NCBI GenBank assembly: GCA_900617105.1
Contig: UYFQ01000568.1
Location: 1-39,279, forward strand
Length of the DNA: 39,279 nt
Source: Hydrurus foetidus
Taxonomy: Eukaryota
Reading direction: 5' to 3'
Shown: one piece after another, positions 32,389 to 39,279 of the stretch
Layout of the letters: each line of letters begins with the position of its first letter
Position numbering within the stretch: position 1 is the first letter of the stretch
Position numbers and translations under genes: made by a program
Notes under the pieces: generated by a model
Told to the model about the DNA's origin: nothing
What the model saw: only the letters and a program-made list of their open reading frames with translations
The model's database searches: none

Positions 32389-35173
32389 GTGGAACTCTTT
32401 TCGTACCTATGTTGGAGTTGTTTTCGCCCGAAGGGATTATAACAATGACACAGGTACCATCGGCGACTTTGTCTTTAGAGAAGTTTTCGCTCAGGTCTAT
32501 GTGACGAAGGTTCTTGGTCATGTGTGTATGATTTGAAGCATCAACACAAGCAGAATTGTCTTCTTCGATGACAGTAGGAGCTTGTGTTCATCCCATCCGG
32601 TTTAGTATGCCCCGGAGGGGAATGACATCGGATTTAAGTGCGTGATTAACGGCTTTGATTTCGGATTCCGCAGTTGATGATGAGATGCTGCCCTGGTCGG
32701 TACTCTTCCAGCAGATAACATTGTCGGCTAGGTAGCCAATGTAGGAGGTCTGGGAGTGACGGTTGTCTTTGTTACCGGCGAGGTCGGCGTCGCATTGGAA
32801 CTTCAGCCGCAGTAGACTGGTCATCGTAGCGATGTCGATGGGACCGTCGTGTGTGGTGAATTTGAGTCTATCCATCTTGGCGTACTTGACATATCGAAGT
32901 AGGTGCTTAAGGAACTTCATGTATCTTGCACCTGGACTGTTACTATATCTGGATAGTATGTTGAGAGCGTACATGATTGTGATCAATGTGTATACCGTAC
33001 CGTACATAAACTGATCAACTACCCGTCGGTAGGGATACTTATTATACATGTGCCTATCGAGATCGGTAGAGTTGTCCGCCTTGGACAGACTCTCACCAGA
33101 AGGTGGATATGGTAGATGCTCATCGGCGGCGCCAGCAAGGTTGGCCTCCGATACAATGGATGTGATCATGCGTGACTGATCCATGTAGTAGTTGAAGTTG
33201 TCATCGCATGTAATGCGGATGCCGACGAACTCTTTGGAGGTCGCGTCGGTGACTTCATACTTGTGGGAGTTGAATGTAGCGATGAGGAGATCCCATTCGC
33301 TAATGAGTGCAAGTGGTCCGAACCATCTGAAGTCGTCTGAGTGTGCTATCAGTATCAGGGGTTGACCTTGGACCCACTTAAAGAAGAACTTTAAGTCCCA
33401 CGGTGTGTTTTCGTATCCACATTCGCGTACACATTTGTCGAATTCCTTTGAGAAATTCTGGCCTGCTGGTGGAAAACCGTAGAGGTTGCCAATGGCTTGA
33501 AAGCATGTGCCAAAAGGTGTGGTGTAACCTTGAGGTGTCTTGATGTGAACGGGAAAGTCGGGGTTAGCGAGTGTGATTAAGTAGGCGCCTACTAAATCTC
33601 CTCCCCGCATGGATAATTTGTAGGTAGCGGCTATGACGAGTGCAATTTTCATCGAAGACGCATTGACATTACCGCAGTATACTGCGTAGGGGTCGAAGTC
33701 GACCCAGGGTATCATGAGATCACCACGACCTACGAGGCGGGCCTTCTTGGTGCCGTCAGTCTTGATACTGAAGAGCCACATCATTGGTACGAGGTGCTGG
33801 CCGGTGAAGGGGACAGACCTGAAGCAGTTGTTGACTTCAAACTTAGTGCGCTCAGTGTTGATGGCCTGTTCCCACTCTGGGTACTGCATTGCGGTCCAGA
33901 AATCTTTGGGGATGTAGGGATCCTTGATTTGGACTGCTATGTTGTAGTGCAGGACACGGAAGAGGTGAACAGGGAAGCATGTGGAAGAACTGGTGTAGGT
34001 GGACCAGTATATCATGTCATCGTTGACTGAGTGCTCTGTCTCAGGGACAGGGGTTATATAGTCGGGGTCGATAAGGGGTGCAGGTGAGGGGAGGCCGGGT
34101 AGGTCGACTCGCTCAGGCACCACAATAGGGTCATTATTATTATCAGTATAGTAGAGGGACGGGATGAGGGCGAAGGCCTCGTCGGTAGGGAAGTGTGCAT
34201 CTGAGTCATGCTTGAAGTTGTTGTGCATGTCGAAGATGACATCCTTACTGACTCGAACAGTACCGTAGGTGTTCTTGGGTAGTATTTCTAATACTAAATA
34301 TTGTGGTACTAGTATAGATGTAAAACTATAACCAACGAACCGAGCACGGTATGCACGAGGTGACCCAACTTTACTTTTCTGATCTTTGGGTGCGTGCTTG
34401 ACATAGCAGGGTGCCCAGAATGGTCGAAGCATCCTGATGTCCACGTGTTGCCCAGAAGTGAAGTGATACGGAGAAGTACCAATACGCTTGTTAAGGTTAA
34501 AGGAATGAGTAACACATGCATAGGACATTGCAAGGTCCCAGAACTTCATTGGCACATGCGGAACAGGGGTTATCATGGCAACGTTGGTCTTGAGAGCTAC
34601 AATGCCGACTGCTCGCTCAGCGATGCCGTTGGCATGTTTGTCACGAGGTGCAGTGTGCTCAAGTCGGTATCGGTATCGGGCGCAAAGCGCAGTAAATTCT
34701 TCAGATCGGTAGTTGGCCTCTGGGTCATGCCGGATGAAGCGATCAACCCCAGGGGTATTGTGGTTCCATTGGGGGGTTAGGTCGAAGAAGGCTGCAATGC
34801 GGGCACAGAGTTCAGAGGCGGACCGGTCTTTTGTATATACAGGATAGTATTGTCCCGACGCGAGGTCGGTGAGGATGTGAGTGTAACGGTAGTTACGGAA
34901 TGATGGAGTCGAGTGGGTATAGGCATCCAAGGAGAACTGCTGGCCGACGAGGGTAGTTGTGTCTCTGTGGATGCGACGATAGTCTGTGGATGCTTGACGC
35001 ATTGCGCCATGGGCGCATCCAGGACAGACCGGACGGGAGGTGTGTGCATCTTTGGTGGTGAAGCGAGCATTGAGGGAATGATCGCGGTGCCATGCCATGC
35101 CTGGAAGACCGGGGTGGCCTGTGGCTTGATGCACGTGGTCGTACAGTGAAGCGGGAGTACAGTGTGTGACCAA
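32389..35173 (-). CDS. Copia Pol: integrase, RT, RNase H (in-frame TGA at 32588)
   Basis: HQATGH...CPGC (HHCC), FSLDAY, IRHDPE, NGIAER, KKARLVGRGD, NLYGFPPAG, IAHSDDF, CDADLAG, SSTAESE. Past the TGA: VIEEDNSAC, KHIDL-like RHIDL, IGTKRVP. Confidence 0.93.
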
Positions 35174-35194
35174 AAGACTCTCCCGAGTGGTTGG

Positions 35195-35815
35195 TCAGTA
35201 GGGAGTCTCCACGTAGAGGCCGTCTTGGACGGTTCCACGGGTGACCTCCTTTCCATGCTGAGCTACCAGTGCAATGTAGGGAAGGGCTGATGCAGTCTCA
35301 TAAAAGCGGAAGTCTTTATGAGTGAAGATGCCGATGAAGTGGTCGTTGGTGACACCGCCAGCGCAGAACTGGGAGACAGAGACAAGGGTGCTGTAGCCTA
35401 GTGCAGGGAGAAGGAGAGTGTTAAGCTCCAACGGTCCGAGGCTGCCTTGGTGTGTTGGTGTCATGGACGGGCCAAATGCAGGGGTGACTGTGACGGATGT
35501 GCTGACGGGTTCAATACTGGTAAGACGTTGGGAGCGGCCGGTGCCAGAGCATGAAGCACCAGAGTCGAAGATGACCTTGTCGGGGACGTGAAACGAGTTG
35601 AGTCTCTCATGCTGGGACTTGACGACGAAGGTGTTGAGCTTGGAGTCGGAGGTACCGCCGGATGGTGCAGGAGGGCGAGCTGATGCAAGCGGAGGGCGAG
35701 TACTGTTGAAGGCATGGCGGACATTTGTCGAGCGTTGGGATCCGACTGGTGGAGTCATTCGGCACGAGGCATAGTGAAAGGCGAGTCGGATGCAAGTGGT
35801 TGCGCGGCTTGCCAA
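35195..35815 (-). CDS. Copia aspartic protease and pre-integrase segment
   Basis: VIFDSGASCSGTG, LLLPAL..TLVSVSQF, RGTVQDGLYV. In frame with the integrase across a single TGA at 35195-35197. Confidence 0.85.
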   Translation of the reverse strand: MASRATTCIRLAFHYASCRMTPPVGSQRSTNVRHAFNSTRPPLASARPPAPSGGTSDSKLNTFVVKSQHERLNSFHVPDKVIFDSGASCSGTGRSQRLTSIEPVSTSVTVTPAFGPSMTPTHQGSLGPLELNTLLLPALGYSTLVSVSQFCAGGVTNDHFIGIFTHKDFRFYETASALPYIALVAQHGKEVTRGTVQDGLYVETPY

Positions 35816-37586
35816 CGTTTGAGTGACCCGGTAAGAGGGTCAGAGGGTGTCGATGGAACAGGTGGTAGCGGAGTATTGAACTCCAGAAGCGTAGGGGGAA
35901 CCGATGTTGACGGTGAGGCGGAAGAAGATGCTGACGAGGACGAGGAGGTGTCTGGACGCTTAGTGTTCCCTTGAGCCTGGTCGTTCTGGAATGCGATGCC
36001 GCGCTTCCTGGCGTTGTACCGCTGAAGTTCCATGGATGCGTCCGGTGGTACCCATGGGGATGCGTCGGATGGAGGGACCATGAGACGTGTGACGGCTCCA
36101 TGTAGGTAGTTGACATAAGAGAGGGCGCATCGAGGGCCACTGATGTTATGGGTTGGACAGGACATGTTGTACGGGAGGAAACAGATGGAGTCTTCGACAG
36201 AGGACTCAGAATCACTCTCGTAGTTCCGCAAAGTGTATCTTTGGCGTATGTTCTGTGGGGCAGTAGATGCTGCGAGGTCCCTGGCGAGAGATACTGTGCG
36301 GTAGTGTGACTCGGTGGGCTCAACAGGATCGGGTCCGACGAAGAGGCTGTTGGGTGTAACATGAAATGCATCGGGTAGGACATGCTGGATTACGACTCGA
36401 ATGGCTTGGATGAATGACTCGTTCGATCCAGTTCGTGTCATAAGACCGTCAACGTGTGCATCAACTTCCGTGAGCATGAGTATGCGAAGAGTGGGAATGT
36501 TGTGCCAGGAGTTGCCGGGTGCATTGGCATATCGGGCAAGCTGTGCTGCGACCCAGGAGGCACAGTCGTAGATGAGGACACTTTCAAATATGGCCATGTG
36601 GTCTGGACTGATCTGGTCGTCGAGGTACAGAGCAGTGTGGACGAGGAAGTAAAAGAAAATGTTCCCGACTGTGGACTGATAGGTGGTGATGTCTTCAATC
36701 AAGGTTGGATTGAAGGTGCGGTAGTGCCCTGGGTCATACTCAAGATTGGGTGGAGTCGGCGGCTCAGTGTTGGCGAGCAGCAGGTTGCGAGCAATCTTGT
36801 GGATGAGGTTCATATACCGAGAGTATCCGTCTCTGACATCAGCGCGGCAGTTGCTGAGGGTGGTTGGGGATACCCAGCCGAAAATAGCGAGGTATATATG
36901 AGGCGCCGGTGTAGGGGATCCAGGCAAGGCGGGACGGTTCACATAGATGATGAAGTCATTTGCTGAGAGGGGCTGCTGATGAATGCGGTGGTGGACCACA
37001 GTGTAGTACTGAAGGATGTACGTGGAGCATTGTCGGCAGATACCCTGGAAGACAGTGGAGGAGGTGACTTCGTCATTGGTGAGGAAGGCCCAGGTACGTG
37101 TGAAGGCATCGACTTCTTCTTGCATTGGGGTCCCATATGTTGGCGAAGAGATGTTCTGATGGCGCGGCGTGTCCCATGCTGTAGCATTCTCTGGGGCGAC
37201 AGGAGTCGGGGGGTACCCAGGAGTACTGGGGTAGATGCTGGTTGAGTATGTTCGGAACGTACGTACGGTCGGAGCATTAAGGGAGAGGCGGCATTAGAAG
37301 ATGGACGAGTTGGAGATCGCAGTGGTGAGTGTCCTGATGGAGGGAGTCCTGGCGGAAGTGCTAACTCGAGAGGAGGATTAGACGGTGTATCCGGAGGAGG
37401 TGCTGGGTCAGTGTCGGTGACTCGGAACATGTTGAGGGAGAAGCGCACATACCCGGAGGGTTCGGCGTTATCCAAAAGCGTGTTGTTCTGCCATCCGTCC
37501 TCAGGGTTGATGTTGGGTCCGTTGGTAAGAAGCTTCATGGGGATGTTGCTCTTGAGGTAAGGGACGCGGCCATCGATACTCGTCAC
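35755..37586 (-). CDS. Unrecognised extra coding region between Gag and protease of Copia-2
   Basis: ORFs of 215 aa (36939..37586) and 456 aa (35755..37125) on the element strand. The second has a globular-looking ~330-aa core bounded by Pro/Ser-rich linkers. Confidence 0.6.
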
Positions 37587-38848
37587 TGGGAAGGTCTGCT
37601 TGGGAGGGTACTTGCCCTTGGCTTTGATCCGGTTCTTGTCCGTGACTGGAGCGGATCCAGGTGGGCAGGAGGATGTGCTTTGCCAGAGGGAGGTGTCGCT
37701 GCCGGTGGCTTAGCAGGAGCATGATAGTACTTGCACTTGTTACCGAGAAGGCAGGTACCAGCGAGGAACTTGCGGCAGGCTTCAGGGGTAGTGGACAAGG
37801 CAGCTATCTTGACCGGCTTGTCTTGTAGGAGGGCATACTCAGAATAGACAACAGCTCTCTCCAAAGTTTGGTGATAGGTGAGCATGTTGCTATGGCAGGA
37901 CATAAAGTAGGATTTGTGTTGGGGCGGTGGTCGTTCATGAAGGCGTTGTGAAGGAATTGAAGGCGCTCCTGCTCGGTGCTCGGTCTGGCCTGGGCATACT
38001 CGAATTCTGTCATCAACGTTGTAAACCTCACTAAATCCTCTTGAAAACAAGTAGCCGTGGAGCCCTTGAAGTTTTGTAGAAGCCGCCTAAGTCGGTTGAT
38101 GTCTGCTTCAGTATGTCCGTAGTAGTGCTTGTGCATACGTTTATAAATAGCGATCCCATCGCGAGAGGTAAAGGAATCGGCACATAGATAGTGGGTAGAC
38201 TCGCTGAAAGCGTTTAACATGACGTTGTATAAACGTTTCTTGTCGTGGGCCCATCGTGTAACATCGTCGGCAGGGACATAATTGAAGGTGCCATCAAGAT
38301 TCTCCGACGTTGTAGGCTCCGAGTATCCTGATGGGTTAAGCCTCGTTGGGATTGGCTCGCGACGCGTGCCCATCGCCATTGGGTAGAGTCCAACGACATG
38401 GAGCATGTTGTCGAGAGCTTTGAAGCGCTTGTTAGATCCCACAGTCGTTGTGGAGATCTGGTTTTGCTTGATGCTATCCATTTCGGAAGAGGTCGTCAGA
38501 ACGAGATCGAGTTTTAGCCGTTTGAGCTCCAAAACGGATTCCAAGGCGGCATTATATGAAATCCACTTGCTGAAACTTCTGCCGAAGTTTGGCGCGGTGG
38601 CGTGGCTTCCTCTGCATGGGAGCCTCGTCGAGGTCGGTTTGGTGTCGAAGGATTTTGCCGATTTGCCGTCGAGCTGGTGACCAAATTTTGAGTTTGGGCT
38701 CTTATGGCCTCGGCGACACGTTGATCGAACTCTGCGAGGGTCATGGAGAGCATGCGCGGCAGCTGGGCGCGGCTGGGAGTCTCTAGCCCAGTTGGGTCAT
38801 GGTATTCCTCGTTGTTTTGGTCTGTGTTGTCGGACGATCGTAGCATCA
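37583..38848 (-). pseudogene. Copia-2 Gag with a CCCH zinc finger, frameshifted
   Basis: KKRLYNVM...RDGIAIYKRMHKHYYG is a copia Gag-like core. CRKFLAGTCLLGNKCKYYH is C-x7-C-x5-C-x3-H. Confidence 0.75.
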
Positions 38849-38927
38849 TGGCCGACTTGAGATATCTGTTGTGATGAGATACCGTTGATATATTGATACT
38901 ATATCGATGATTGCTGAACTTTCTATG

Positions 38928-39279
38928 CAATCGCTACCATGTGAGTCAGACTGTGGAGTGAAGCGAGCTACCTGTTGGCTGCGGAAGCGCAAAGGAAAGA
39001 CTGGCTGATGGAAGTGGTCTCGGAAGACGTGTTTACTTACAACGATCAAGTAGTAAAACAACTGGCGATGATATCAGAGAAGACAACCATCAAAGAAGCA
39101 AAGCAAAGCAAAGCATCCATTGTGCATGAAATGGTGATCGCCGAAGTGGAAATATATTTAGCGAATATTCAAGTTGGCGATTGAGCAATGGGCGGAACCC
39201 TCGCTGCTCATGAAATCGGATGTGCTGGTGGAAACCGGATACCTGGTGAAAAACCGGATGCTTCGTGATGGCCCCGAAG
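38928..39279 (-). promoter_or_regulatory. Candidate Copia-2 5' LTR (38940 to window edge) and tRNA-iMet-type PBS (38939-38928)
   Basis: The minus strand reads ...CACA|TGGTAGCGATTG just upstream of gag. TGGTAGC fits an initiator-Met 3' end. No second LTR is available to confirm it. Confidence 0.4.

Larger units (their letters stand above)
32389..39279 (-). mobile_element. Ty1/copia retrotransposon 2: gag, extra region, PR, IN, RT, RNase H; cut at the RNase H end by Gypsy A
   Basis: Domain order Gag, PR (VIFDSGAS), IN, RT, RH on the minus strand, with several stops and frameshifts. Confidence 0.92.

Noticed and set aside
35755..37125. Envelope gene or host gene call for the 456-aa ORF
   Set aside because: No clear signal peptide, transmembrane anchor or recognisable family motif, so it was left as unknown.

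Overview
Eukaryotic DNA (short GT-AG introns of 63-75 bp; the Copia motifs suggest a stramenopile-like protist, which is an inference), made almost entirely of nested transposable elements. No rRNA, tRNA or CRISPR array was seen. 0-6.4 kb is a DNA-transposon zone: a spliced PIF/Harbinger DDE transposase, a Myb/SANT-like partner pseudogene, a possible 2OG-Fe(II) oxygenase fragment, a perfect 39-bp inverted repeat and a Mutator-like zinc-finger fragment ending in a 15-bp tandem repeat. 7.5-39.3 kb holds two different Ty1/copia elements, three copies (A, B, C) of one chromodomain Ty3/gypsy family with ~195-bp LTRs, and one IS630-Tc1-mariner-type transposon. The most striking structure is a ~9.9-kb head-to-tail array (19.2-29.1 kb) of five ~1.78-kb units, each [truncated LTR + integrase-chromodomain ORF + PPT]. 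Matched target-site duplications (TA and GCAG) reconstruct a four-level nested insertion followed by an inversion that split the Tc1-like transposase onto opposite strands. The right-hand Copia has a CCCH finger in Gag and a ~600-codon unrecognised region between Gag and protease.
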